A stretch of 64,000 nucleotides of DNA. It comes from Bacteroidota bacterium. Lineage in GTDB: Bacteria; Bacteroidota; Bacteroidia; NORP154. The translations under genes were made by a program, and so were the position numbers. The notes under the pieces were generated by a model. It was not told the origin of the DNA and made no database searches. It saw only the letters and a program-made list of their open reading frames with translations. This document shows positions 33,900-48,900 of the stretch, one piece after another; within the stretch, counting starts at the first letter, position 1; each line of letters starts with the position of its first letter. The stretch is from assembly GCA_043811005.1 (NCBI GenBank), contig JBDRNO010000171.1:227-64226 (forward strand). Direction: 5' to 3'.

Positions 33900-33975
33900 T
33901 AAATTGAGGAAGTTTTATTCCATTCTAATTTAGAAATAGTAAAAATAGTACTTTGTCAATAATATTATAAGAATA

Positions 33976-36900
33976 ATGAAAAAAAAACTTATCCAACTCG
34001 CATTGATCATGGCAGGTATTCCGGGTATTGGATTTGCCCAGCCACTAATTTCCTTTTCGCCTGATACGATAAAGGCAACTGTAACAATATGCAATGACTC
34101 CACCACACAGCCGTTGACAATATACAACACTGGCTCACAGAACCTGGATTACACCATTAGTATTAACCTTACAAGTATAGGCAATGACCAGCCAAAATCA
34201 GCGTGTATCCCAAACAATGGTACATGCTGGAGCAATCAGGGCATAACTAATGTGACATTTAATACTATTAATAATTCATCAGGGACATGTGATGGTTATA
34301 AGAATTATACAAATATAAAAACATGTGTAATTGCCGGTGAATCTTATTCAATATCCATTAAAAATGGAGTTACATTAGAAGAGGATGTCCGTACATGGAT
34401 AGACTATAACAATGATGGGGTATTTCAAGCATCAGAAAAGGTATTTGAATCTCTTAAGAAATATCTTCATACCGGAACAGTTAATATTCCAATTACAGCA
34501 GTAAAAAATCAACCATTAAGAATGCGGGTTGCCGATAACTATTTTGCTAGCCCTATCCCCGAAGTTTGCTCTACTCCATCTTTTTATGGACAATATGAAG
34601 ATTATACCATAATCATACTGGAAGACAGCATAGTCACTCTATCTGACACATCCGGCACATTGCCCGGTGACTCAGTAATAATTGACGTCTATCTCAATGC
34701 TCTTGGGTTGCCTGCCAATGTTTATACTGCAGAGATAATTATCAATTCAAATGATCCGGTTAATCCGGTTGTTACCATCCCTGTGGTATTTACAGTAGAA
34801 GGTGAACCTGAAATTGATTTATCTGATACAATTATTGATTATGATTCTATCATGCAGTGGGCTAGCAAGACTGATACTCTAATCATCTATAATACTGGCT
34901 GCGATACTATGTTTGTTACCAGCATAACAAATTCCCTTAGCGAATATACTTTAGATACAAACAATATGACAATTCCTCCATTCGATTCTGCACTTATACA
35001 GATAACATTTAATCCTTTAACTGTTGGAAGCTTTACTGATACATTGAACATATATAATAATGTTGTTGATACTATTGTCATATTAACAGGTGTAGGTACT
35101 CCCTCTCCAAAAATATCTTATAGTCCGGATTCATTTAATGTTACATTTACTACATGTAATGACTCTACGACACAACCGCTGACAATTTACAATACAGGAA
35201 CAGCAGATATGTATCTTGATATTAACATTGAATACAGCGAAAGCATAAAACCTCCTCCCTGTACACCTGCAACAACCGCCTATTGCTGTGGTATGGGAAT
35301 AATAACTGTTCAGTTTAATACAATTAACAATACATCAGGAAATGGCTCTGTTGGCTACGAAAACTTTGATTACATCAGCACTACTGTATATGCAGGACAG
35401 ACTTACCCAATCACAATTAACTCCGGTCTTCCAAATAATCACAATGTTCGTGCATGGATTGACTATGATAATAGCGGAACATTTGAAGACCCTGCCGAGA
35501 GAGTGCTTCAATCAATGAATAAAGACGTCCATACCGGAAATATCACTATTCCAGAAACAGCAGTACTTGATATTCCATTAAGAATGCGTATTGCCGGTGA
35601 CTATTATTTGAATTCTACACCCGGACCTTGTAGCAATGTTCAATATGGACAGCATGAAGACTATACTGTAGTAATTGTTTATTCAGACAGTATTTTTTCG
35701 CTTTCTGAGTCCGCAGATACTATTATACCAGGGGATTCGTCAATAGTTGATGTATATTTCGATGCTTCAGGGCTAATTTCCGGAGTATATACATCAAAGA
35801 TAACTATTAATTCAAACGACCCTTCGAGTCCGGTTAATACTATACCTCTGAGTCTCACAGTACAAGGTCATCCAATAATTGGACTATCTAATGACACCCT
35901 GGTTTTTGATTCAATATTACAATACACAAGCGATACTGTCAGTTTAACAATTTACAACACCGGATGCGACACTTTATTTGTTACTAATATTACTGCATCA
36001 GATACTGATTTCACAACGGATACTACTATTTTAACAATACCGCAAGATGACTCATCCTCGGTACAGGTCATATTCACACCTCAATCTTTTGGTGCTTATT
36101 TAGATACCCTAACAATTTTTAATAATTATAATGATACAACAATTATCTTAAAAGGATTTAGCAAACAACCGCCAATTATTGTTACAGTTCCTGACTCATT
36201 CAGTGTTAATTATACTGCCTGCGATGATTCCTCTACATCGTTATTAAAAATTTATAATACAGGCACTGAAGACCTTATTTTTAATATTGATTATCCATCA
36301 TGGGTAACATTATCAGATACTGCAGACATCATAACCAACGGTGATTCATTACTGATTGATGTCAAGTTTTATGCTTCGGGATTACTCACAGGAACACATA
36401 ATTCTTACATTATTGTAAATTCAAATGACCCGTTGAATCCGGCTGATTCAACTCAATGTACACTCATATTAAATGGTTATCCTGTAATAGGACTATCGGA
36501 TACAATTATATCTATGGATACTATAATGCAATGGACAGAAGATATTGATACATTATTGATATTTAACACAGGTTGTGATACTTTGTTCGTTACCAATATG
36601 ACAAACACACTTGGTGATTTCAGCACTGATACGACCAATTTTACCCTTTTACCAGGTGACACAGGACTTGTACAGATAACATTCAGCCCAACGATTGTCG
36701 GCACACAGATTGATACAATTCAAATATTTAACAATGATATAGAGACATTAGTAATCTTACAAGGTGTTGGAACAGAGCCCCCTGTAATATCCTATAATCC
36801 CGACACATTTGATGTTACTATAACAACGTGCAATGATATTATAACGTTGCCACTAACAATATACAATTCAGGATTAGCAGATTTGTATTTGAATATGAAT

Positions 36901-39900
36901 ATTGAATTAAATGAAAGCATTAAACCTCCTCCCTGTACACCTGCAACAACCGCCTATTGCTGTGGTATGGGAATAATCACTGTTCAGTTTAACACAATAA
37001 ACAATACATCAGGGAATGGCTCTGTGGGCTACGAAAACTTTGATGCCATCAACACTACAGTATATGCAGGACAGACTTATCCAATCACAATTAACTCCGG
37101 TCTTCCAAATAATCATAATGTTCGCGCATGGATTGACTATGATAATAACGGAACCTTTGAAGACGCTACCGAGAGAGTGCTTCAATCACTGAATAAAGAC
37201 GTCCATACCGGGAATATCACTATTCCAGAAACAGCAGTAATTGATATTCCATTAAGAATGCGTGTTGCCGGGGACTATTATCAAAATTCAGTGCCGGGAC
37301 CATGCAGTAATGTTCAATATGGACAACATGAAGACTATACAGTAATTATAATTCTTTCAGACAGCATTTTCTCATTGTCTGAATATACAGATACTATCCC
37401 ACAAGTAGATTCTGCAATAATAGATGTCGAATTTAATGCAGGGGGATTAATTACCGGTGAATATTCAAAACAAATAATTATTAATTCCAATGATCCTTTA
37501 AGTCCTTATGATACAATACCTTTAATTCTTACAGTAGAAGGTCATCCAATAGTAGAATTCTCAGATGATACTTTAGTTTTTGATTCAATATTACAATATA
37601 CAAGTGATACACTTATTTTAACAATTTCTAATACCGGATGTGACACCTTGCTTGTTACTAATATAACAGCATCTGACAGCGATTTTGAAGTAGATACTAC
37701 TAACTTGATAATACCGCAAGGCGACTCAGCATCAGTTCAGGTGGTATTTAATCCTCAATCAGATGGAAACTATTTAGATACACTTAATATTTTCAATAAT
37801 TATAATGACACAACTATTATCTTAAAAGGCTATAGTAAAAGTCCTCCAAATATTGTTACAGTACCTGACTCACTTAGCGCTAATCTATCGGCTTGTGATG
37901 ACTCAGCCACATCGGTATTAAAAATATATAATACTGGTTTTGAAAACCTTATTTTCGATATAGATTATCCATTATGGATAACACTATCGGATACAGCAGA
38001 CACTATCTCTAATGGAGATTCATTGCTTATAGACGTAAAGTTCAAAGCTGCAGGATTAAATACAGGTATTCATAATTCTTATATTATTGTCAATTCAAAT
38101 GATCCGTTAAACCAGGCAGACTCAACTGCATGTACACTTACATTAGCAGGTTACCCCATATTGGCGCTGTTAGATACAAGTTTCAGTATGGATACAATAA
38201 TGCAATGGGCAGTTGATACTGACACGCTGTTGATCTATAATACAGGATGTGATACCTTGTTTATCACAAACATAACTACTTCAATAACAGATTTCAGTGT
38301 TGATACAACCAATCTTTCAATATTGATGGGCGATTCAGGAACAGTAATTATCACCTTTAACCCGGCTACTGTTGATACATTCACCTGCGATCTCAATATT
38401 TTCAGCAATGATGTAGACACAATTGTTATGCTGTATGGCGTAAGTACTTATCCTCCGGTAATTTCTTATGATCCTTCTTCATTCACAGATACTGTAGGAA
38501 CCTGTATTGATTCATTGGTAAATCAGTTGACAATATCCAATTCAGGATTAACAGATCTGAATTTCGATATAGAAATTGAATACGGAGAGCCTGTACTTCC
38601 ACCACCCTGTACACCTGCTACAACCGGCTATTGCTGTGGCATGGGAATAATCACTGTTCAGTTTAACACAATTAATAATACATCAGGAAATGGCTCGTTA
38701 GGCTACGAAAACTTTGATTCCATCAGCACTACAGTATATGCAGGACAGACTTACCCGATCACAATTAACTCCGGTCTTCCAAATAATCATAATGTTCGTG
38801 CATGGATAGACTACGATAATAGCGGAACATTTGAAGATGCTTCTGAGAGAGTGTTTCAATCGTTAAATCTAGATGTCCATACCGGAAATGTTACTATTCC
38901 TACAACAGCAGTAGTTGGGACTTTGTTAAGAATGCGTGTTGCCGGTGAATTCTGGCAGAATTCAACACCAGGGCCTTGTAGCAATGTTGAATACGGACAA
39001 CATGAGGACTACTCTGTTTTAATACTGGTAGATAGTATGATCACCTTATCCTCTACGGCAGATACTTTATCAACCGGAGATACAACGGTCATTGATATAA
39101 TATATAATACAGAAGAGCTAAACCTGGGTACTTACACTTTTGACCTGGCTGTCAGTACCAATGATCCGTTATACTACAATTTTGATATACCAATGTCATT
39201 AACAATAGAACCTGTCCCTGCTGAACCATCGGCAGCCAACCAGTCTGCCTGTGAAGGAGATTCTGTCCCTGACCTCACTGCTACCGGTACGAACATAAAA
39301 TGGTATAGTGATACAGCGCTGGCAATCCTGGAATACAGCGGGAGTCCGTTTCCGACAGGACATGATACTGCAGGCACTTATATTTATCATGCTACACAAA
39401 CACAATATGGTTGTGAAAGTGCATATAATACTGTTAGTTTAACTATTAATCCATTACCTTCTGCTCCAACAGCTTCCGATACATCTGCATGTGAAGGTGA
39501 CACAATTCCGGATCTTACTGCTACAGGAGCGAATATCAAATGGTATAGTGATACCGGACTGACAACATTAGTATATACAGGAAGTCCGTTTACAACAGGA
39601 GATACTGCTTCAGGAGTATATAACTATTATGTTACACAAACTGTAAGCTCCTGTGAAGGTCCTGCTGATACTGCATCATTAACCATTTATTCTATGCCGC
39701 CTGCTCCAACAGCTGCTGACAAAATCGCCTGTGAAGGAGGCACAATACCTGACCTTACTGCCACAGGTACTGACATCAAATGGTACAGTGATCCTGCACT
39801 GACAATTCTTGAGTTCAGCGGAGATACATTTGCCACAGGAAATACCACAGCCGGTACGTATACCTATTATGCTACACAAACGGAAACAGTGAACAGTTGT

Positions 39901-42900
39901 GAAAGCCTTTCAGACACTGTTACTTTAACCATATATTCCGTACCTGCCATGCCTCCAACATCAGACGAATCAGTTTGCGAAGGAGGTTCGGTACCTGACC
40001 TTGCTGCTACAGGCACTGATATCAAATGGTACAGCGATCCGGCATTAACAATCCTCGAGTTCAGTGATGATACGTTCGCCACAGGGCAAACTGCTGCAGG
40101 TATTTACGATTATTATGTCACACAAACAGTAAACACCTGCGAAAGCCCGGCTGATACTGCCACCCTGACTATCTATGCGACACCTGCTGCTCCGGCTGCA
40201 GCAGATACATCGGCATGTGAAAATGAGACAATACCTGATTTTACTGCTTCAGGCACAGATATCAAATGGTACAGCGATCCGGCATTGACAATACTTGAGT
40301 TCAGCGGAGATACATTTGCCACAGGGCATACTGTTCCGGGTGCATATACATATTATGTCACAGAAACACTAGGTTCCTGTGCAGGTCCTGCTGATACTGT
40401 TACACTATCTATTTACCCGTTACCGGTAGTTCCGGTAGCTTCTGACGAAACTGCCTGTGAAGGAGGCACAATACCTGACCTTACAGCTGCCGGAACAGAT
40501 ATCAAATGGTACAGTGATCCTGCATTGACAACTCTGGTGTTTAGCGGAAGCCCGTTCGCTACAGGGGAAACAATTGCTGGAACGTATACTTATTACGTCA
40601 CTCAAACCGAAGCTGTGAACGGCTGTGAAAGTCCTTCTGACACAGTTACTTTAACAATATATTCTGTACCGGCTGTGCCAACTTCATCTGACGAGACTGC
40701 TTGTGAGGGAGGTACAATACCTGACCTAACAGCAACAGGCACTGATATAAAATGGTACAGCGATCCGGCACTGACAATACTTGAGTTCAGCGGAAGTCCG
40801 TTCGCTACAGGAGAAACCAATGCGGGAATTTATACATATTATGTCACTCAAACTGTCAATACCTGTGAGAGTCCTTCTGACACTGTTACATTAATAATAT
40901 ATTCTGTACCGGCTGTGCCAACTATATCTGACGAGATTGCCTGTGAAGGAGGTACAATACCTGATCTAACTGCAACAGGCACTGATGTAAAATGGTACAG
41001 CGACCCGGCATTAACAACACTGGTGTTCAGCGGAAGTCCATTCGTTACAGGGGAAACCAATGCGGGAACTTATTCATATTATGTCACTCAAACAGTTAAT
41101 ACCTGTGAGAGCCCTTCCGATACCATTACATTAACCATTTATACGGTACCGGCAGCCACGGCAGCATCTGACGAGATTGCCTGTGAAGGAGGCTCAATAC
41201 CTGATCTTACAGCTACCGGGACTGATATTAAGTGGTATAGTGATCCAGCACTGACAATGCTTGAGTTCAGTGGAAGTCCGTTCGCTACAGGAGAAACTAC
41301 TGCAGGAACGTATACATATTACGTTATACAGACAGTAAATGCCTGTGAAAGTCCTGCTGACACTGTTTCCCTTACAATTTATCCTATACCTACCGTCCCG
41401 GTTGCTTCTGATGAAACAGCTTGCGAAGGAACTTCAATATCTGATCTTACAGCCACAGGCACAGATCTCAAATGGTACAGTGATCCGGCTCTGACAATAC
41501 TGGTGTTCAGCGGAAGCCCGTTCGTAACAGGGGAAACTGCAACGGGCACATATACTTATTACGTTACTCAAACAGTAAATACGTGCGAAAGTCCTGCTGA
41601 TACTGTCCTCCTGACCATTTATCCGGCACCTGCAGTTCCTGTTGCCTCTGACGAGGTAGCATGTGAAGGAGGAACAATTCCTGACTTGACGGCAACAGGT
41701 ACTGATATCAAATGGTATAGTGATCCGGCACTTACAACTCTTGTATTCAGCGGAAGCCCGTTCGCTACAGGGGAAACAAATGCAGGAACATATACTTATT
41801 ACGTCACTCAGACCGAAGCTGTGAACAACTGTGAAAGTCCTTCTGACACCATCACTTTAACAATATATTCGATACCGGCAGTGCCAACTTCAGCGGACGA
41901 GACTGCCTGTGAGGGAGGCACAATACCTGACCTGACTGCAACAGGTACCGATATCAAATGGTATAGTGACCCTGCTCTCACTACACTTGTATTCAACGGA
42001 AGTCCGTTCGCCACAGGGGAAACTACTGCAGGAACATATACTTATTATATCACTCAAACAGTGAATACATGTGAGAGTCTTTCAGACACTATTACTTTGA
42101 CAATATATTCTCTACCTGCCGCTCCAATTTCATCTGACGAGACAGCCTGTGAAGGAGACACAATACCTGATCTTGCAGCTGCCGGAACAGATATCAAATG
42201 GTACAGTGACCCTGCACTGACAATATTGGTATTCAGCGGAAGCCCGTTCGCTACAGGGGAAACATCTGCAGGAACGTTTACATATTATGTCACTCAAACA
42301 ATAAATGCATGCGAGAGTCCTTCCGATACTGTCGCGTTAACTATTTATCCGGTACCGGCAACCCCGGCTTCATCTGATGAGATTGCCTGTGAAGGAGGTT
42401 TAATACCTGAGCTAACTGCTACAGGGACTGATATTAAATGGTACAGCGATTCGGCATTGACAACACTTGAATTCAGTGGGGATACGTTTTCCACAGGATA
42501 TTCTACACCTGGAACATATACATATTACGTCACTCAGACCGAAGCTGTGAACGGCTGTGAAAGTCCTTCTGTCACTGTCACTTTAACAATATATTCTTTA
42601 CCGGCAACACCAACGTCATCTAACACGTCAATATGTGTATTAGGATCAATACCTGACCTAACGGCAACTGGTACTGATATCAAATGGTACAGCAATCCTG
42701 CGTTGACAACGCTGGTATTCAGCGGAAGCCCGTTTGCCACCGGGGAGACAATTCCTGGCACATATACATATTATGTAACTCAAACGGTAAATACATGTGA
42801 AAGCCCTGCTGATACGGTCACTCTGACTATTCTTTCCGCACCTGTTATTTCTGCCGATCCTGACTCGTTTAATGTTGCTCTTGCCTGTGCAGACACACTC

Positions 42901-45900
42901 ATTTTACCACTCACAATTTATAATAATGGAGGGTGTGATCTGGATTTTAATATAACTGAGGAAGGTGCTCCCGGTCTTGATACTATTCTCAATAGATTAA
43001 ATCAAAATTACAGTTCTGTTACAAGCGCTGTTCCATTCATTTATAATTTCATAGATGGAGTTACGGGCAATAATATTGATGATGGTGGGGGAGATATGTA
43101 CGATTGGGGAAATTATCTTTCGACAGACATTGGTGGTGATTTCAACTATTCAGACAATATGATAGTTCCTAATGCCTGGCTGGGCGATTCAGGAAAGTAT
43201 TTTACCAGGAAGCATCCAGGGTTGTTCGTGTTTGCTGCCGATATGGATGGAGTAAGCTGGTTTGAGATAAACGGGAACCTCGGTGCGGATGGAGACGGTA
43301 ATGCAGATGCTGTAATCCTGACCTTGAATATGTATGGAACTTCTTTTAAAGGATTAGTAAAAAGAGTTTATAATGCCGGTGACCCTTCTATCAATCATTT
43401 GATCATAGTGGAAGATAAGCCGTTAATTGACCATACATGGACAGCAAATACAAATGATGATCAGCACCGTGTTACAAATTTATCTTCTACTGATCGCATA
43501 TATCACTTATTGTATGCCTCATTGGGTGGCGGTTATATTGATGATGCCCAGACATTAAATATTATGAAAAAATTTCTGGAGGCAGTAGGTCCGTTTGCTT
43601 TAAATATACCATTATCAGCTTATTCAGATACAGTAACTATCGGCGATTCATCAGTGATTGACGTGCAGTTTAATTCGACATATCTAAATGCCGGTCAATA
43701 TAATACGATCATGATCATCAATTCAAACGATCCATTAAATCCCGTGGATTCCGTGCCTGTCACGTTAAATGTAACAGGTGATCCTGAAATAGAATTATCC
43801 GATACCTGCCTGTACCTTGATTCAATAATAGAATATACAACCAACACAGAATCATTATGGATATACAATACCGGTTGTGATACATTGTTCATTACCGGCA
43901 TAAATAATTCACTACCTGAATTCAGCTTAAGTGATACTTCCGGTTTTATATTACCCGGTGATTCTGTAGAAATTATTGTAACCTTTGCTCCGGTATCTGC
44001 CGGCTTTTTCCAGGATAATATTACTATATTTAATAATGATGAGGATACTACCGTATGTCTTTCAGGTTATGGATATCCAAAACCGGTTATCTCTGCTGAC
44101 CCGGATTCATTTGATGTTACCCTTGCTTGTGTTGATTCAGTTACATTGCCTCTGACAATTTACAATACCGGGGGAAGTGATCTTGATTTTGATATTGTAA
44201 CCTGGACATATTCACCGTTATTTAATTTGGCTTATATAGCTAACAGCGATGACAATACTGTATCAGTGCTTGATATAACTACCAATACAATGGTGGGAGC
44301 TCCTGTTGCGGTAGGTTCATATCCCTGGAGGGTGAGCATAAATCCGGATGCCAGCTATGTTTATGTTTCCAACAGGAATAGTAATAATATTTCCGTTATT
44401 AGAATATCAGATAATACAGTAACCACTACTATTCCGGTTGGTGACGGACCAACCGGCCTGGCATTCACACCAAATGGGAACTATGTATATGTAGGCAATA
44501 GATATGACAATAATGTGATGGTGATTGATTGTTCTACGAATACCGTAGTAGATACCATCACAACAAGCATGAATGAGCCACAGGATATTGTAATTACACC
44601 GGATGGATCTTATGCTTATGTTGCAAACAGGAATAGTGGAGTGGCTGTCATTGAGACGGCTACCAATACTGTTGTTGCAAATATCGGGGGCATTGCCGTT
44701 GCTCATTCAATAACCATTACGCCTGATGGCCGTTTTGTATATGTTTCTGAATCAATGTGGGTTACCGGAAGCGTGCAGGTAATAGAAACAGCAACCAATA
44801 CAATAATTGCTTCAATAGGGGGAGATTTTGATCCGGCAGCCGGCCTGGATATTACCCCTGATGGCAACTTTGTATATGTTGTGGATAGGTGGAACGCTGA
44901 AGTTGATGTCATTGATGTCAGCACTAATACGATAGTTAATACTATTTCAGATGGCAGGCTCGGTGACGCCTGGGGACTGGCAATATCACCGTATGGAGAT
45001 TATGCTTATGTAACATATCCATATGGTGCAGCGCAAAGTGTGGTCATTATTGACATAAGTACTAATACGGTTATTGGCGATCTGAGTTCCGGTAGTGGTG
45101 CAAGAGGAATAGCTTCTCTAAATGGAGGAGTGCCATGGCTTGCAGTAAGTACCAACTCAGGCAGTATTCCTCCCGGAGATTCAACAGTAATTGATGTTGC
45201 ATTTAATTCAACAGGTTTAAATATCGGTCAGTATAACTCAGACTTGATTGTTTATTCAAACGATCCTTTAAATCCGGCAGATACCGTCCCTACCACGTTA
45301 AATGTTGTTAGTGTCCCTGAAATAGAGTTGTCAGATACCTGCCTTGATTTAGATACAACCATGCAATGGACAACCATTACCGATACCTTCTGGATCTATA
45401 ACAACGGTTGCGGTATATTGACAATCACCGATATGACAACATCCTTAAGTGAATTTAGCACGGATACAACTGCATTGACGATCTTACAGGATGACTCGGC
45501 ACAGGTAACAGTTTCATTCACACCCACAGCAGTGGGTAATCTTTATGATACTCTTATTATATTTAATGATGATGTAGATACTACTATTTGCTTATCGGGT
45601 TATGCCTATCCGCCACCTGTTGTTTCTACTACCCCTGATTCGTTTGATGTTACCATGACCGGCTGTTGTGACTCCAAAACATTGCCTTTAACTGTTTATA
45701 ATACTGGTGGAAGTGATCTGTTATACAACATTAGTTCAGACAGCAGTTGGATAAGCTTTTCTATTTCAGCAGATACAGTAGCAGCCGGAGATTCGTCAAT
45801 AGTTGATGTAACATTTGATGGTTGTGTATTGACACCTGGAGTTTACGCTCCTAACATTATTATCAGTTCCAACGACCCGTTGAATCCTTCAGATACTATA

Positions 45901-48900
45901 CCTGTTACCGTAACAAAAGAGTCATTGCCCCCTTCACCGGCATCTTCAGACACTTCGATCTGTTTCGGTGATCCTGCATCGGACCTTACTGCTACAGGCA
46001 CCATTATCCAATGGTATGATGATCCGTTATTGGACACAGTGATATTTAGCGGGAGTCCTTTTGCCTCTGGAGATACAGCCGTGGGTATTTATACTTATTA
46101 TGTTACCCAAACGATAGATAGCTGTGAAGGTACTGCCGATACCGTTACCTTGACCATCAATGCAGGCCCTCCGGTGCCAGCCGTTTCTGACACAACAATT
46201 TGCTTTGGTGATCCAACTCCCGACCTGACAGCAACGGGAACCAATATTCAATGGTACAGTGATGCCGGGCTGACTACATTGGTATCCTCCGGCAGTACCT
46301 ATGCGTCAGGTGATTCGACAGTTGGCATATATTACTATTATGTTACGGATAGTATTGCAGGATGCACTGAAGGGCAATCCGATACTGCTACATTGACAAT
46401 CAATTTAGTGCCTGCAGCACCAGCATCTTCAGACATGACAGTCTGTTATGGTGAGCCGACACCCAACCTTATTGCTACAGGTACTAATATTAAATGGTAC
46501 AGCGATTCATCATTATCCACACTGAAATTTGTTGGAGATACATTCGCATCAGGCGACACAACAGAGGGAATATATACCTATTACGCTACTGATAGTGTAA
46601 ATGGATGTACAAGCCCTTATACTGTTATTGCATTAACTATCGCTGCAGCGCCAACAACTCCTGTTGTTTCTGATACAGCTACCTGTTTTGGCGATCCTGC
46701 ACCTGACCTGGTCGCAACCGGAACATATATCCAATGGTACAGCGATTCGCTACTGACAAACTGGGTATTTAGCGGAGACACTTTCGCATCAGGAGATACG
46801 GCAGAGGGTATATATACCTATTACGTCACAGATAGTATAAGCGGATGTGCTGCAAGTCCTGCCGGTACAGCAACATTAACAATAAATGCAATTCCATCTG
46901 TACCTGTAGCTTCCGATACATCATCCTGTTTCGGAGATACTCCTCCTGACCTGACAGCAACAGGAACCAACATTCAATGGTATAGTGATCCATTATTTGA
47001 CACATTAGTTTATAGTGGAGATCCTTTCACAACAGGTGAAACCCAGGCAGGAACATACACATGGTATGCCACCCAAACAGTAAATGGCTGTGAAAGTCCT
47101 GCTGATATGGTTACATTGATCATAAATGCAACACCTGCAGCCCCTGTATCTTCCGATACCATAATTTGCTTTGGTGATCCAACACCAAACCTGACGGCTA
47201 CTGGAAGCAATATCCAATGGTACAGCGACCCATTGCTTGATACCCTGGTGTCTACCGGTAGTCCTTTTGCAACAGGAGATACAACAGTAGGAATTCATAC
47301 TTATTATGTTACGCAAACTATAGATAACTGTGAAGGTACTGCTGAGAATGTTACCCTGACCATCAATGCAGGCCCTCCGGTGCCAACCGCTTCTGACACA
47401 ACAATCTGCTTTGGTGATCCGACACCTGACCTGGCTGCCTCAGGAACCAACATTCAATGGTACAGTGATCCATTGCTTGATACCTTGGTATATGCCGGAA
47501 GTGCCTTTACGTCAGGAGACTCGGTAGTTGGCATATATAACTATTATGTTACGGATAGTATTGCAGGCTGCATTGAAGGACTTGCCGATACTGCGACATT
47601 AACCATCAATTTAGTACCTGCGGTACCGGCATCTTCAGACACGGCAATCTGTTACGGTGAGCCGGTACCCAACCTTATTGCCACAGGAACCAATATCAAA
47701 TGGTACAGCGATTCATCATTATCCACACTGAAATTTATTGGAGATACATTCGCATCAGGCGATACAGCAGAGGGAATATATACATATTATGCTACTGATA
47801 GCATTAATGGATGTACAAGCCCTTATACTGTTATTGCATTGACTATCACAGCAGCGCCAACAACACCTGTTGTTTCTGATACAGCTACCTGTTTTGGCGA
47901 TCCTGCACCAGACCTTGTCGCAACCGGAACATATATCCAATGGTATAGCGATACGGGTCTGTCAACATTAGAATTTGCCGGAGACACTTTTGCTACAGGA
48001 GAAACTGCATCCGGAACATACACCTATTATGTCACGGATAGTATAAGCGGATGTGCTGCAAGTCCTGCCGGTACAGCAACATTAACAATAAATGCAATTC
48101 CGCCGGCACCTGTAGCTTCAGATACATCATCCTGTTTCGGGGATACTCCTCCCAACCTGACAGCAACAGGAACCAACATCCAATGGTATAGTGATCCATT
48201 GTTAGACACTTTGGTTTATATTGGTGATCCTTTCACAACAGGTGAAACAGATCCGGGAACATACACATATTATGTCACTCAAACAGTAAGCGGATGTGAA
48301 AGTCCGGCTGATACCGTTACCATGACAATATATGCAATCCCGGCACCAACTTCTTCCGATACAACGATATGTTTCGGAGACCCGACACCCGACCTGGCAG
48401 CCACAGGAACCAACATCAAATGGTACAGTGATTCATTGCTGGATACATTATTGTTTAGCGGCAATCCTTTTGCAACAGGGAAGTCAGCAGTGGGGATATA
48501 TAGATATCATGTTACCGATAGTTTAAATGGCTGTGAAAGCCCTGGAACCATGGTTACATTAACCATAAATGCAGGACCCGGGCAACCAGCAGCATCAGAT
48601 ACTACAATTTGTTTCGGTGATCCCACACCTGACCTGTCTGCCACAGGAACCAACATCCAATGGTATGATGATCCATTACTTGACTCTGTGATCTATACAG
48701 GCAGTCCGTTTACTACAGGTGAAACGGCAGTAGGCATATATACCTGGTATGTTACAGATAGCATTTTAGGATGTTCTGAAGGACCGGCTGATACTGTTAC
48801 ATTAACAATAAATGCGATACCTTCAGCACCCGTTTCTTCCTATACATTAATTTGTTTTGGTGATCCTACACCTGATCTCTCAGCGACCGGAAGTAATATC

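Larger units (their letters stand above)
35101..39200 (+). repeat. Higher-order repeat of 1674 bp (558 aa): two full copies plus a partial third, each with one GEVED domain and scaffold units
   Basis: The anchor at(a/t)tc(t/c)tat is at 35113, 36787 and 38461. The anchor cc(t/a)cc(t/a)ccctgtacacctgc is at 35251, 36925 and 38599. Offsets are exactly 1674. Confidence 0.9.

Noticed and set aside
33693-33902. Small intergenic + strand ORFs 33693..33902 (69 aa) and 54943..55143 (66 aa), which share an NTLFLNHF(V/I)NFK stretch
   Set aside because: The shared peptide comes from a conserved DNA block, but the two ORFs enter that block in different frames upstream and diverge completely downstream. 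The sequence is low complexity and has no start context. I treated the conserved DNA as a non-coding block.
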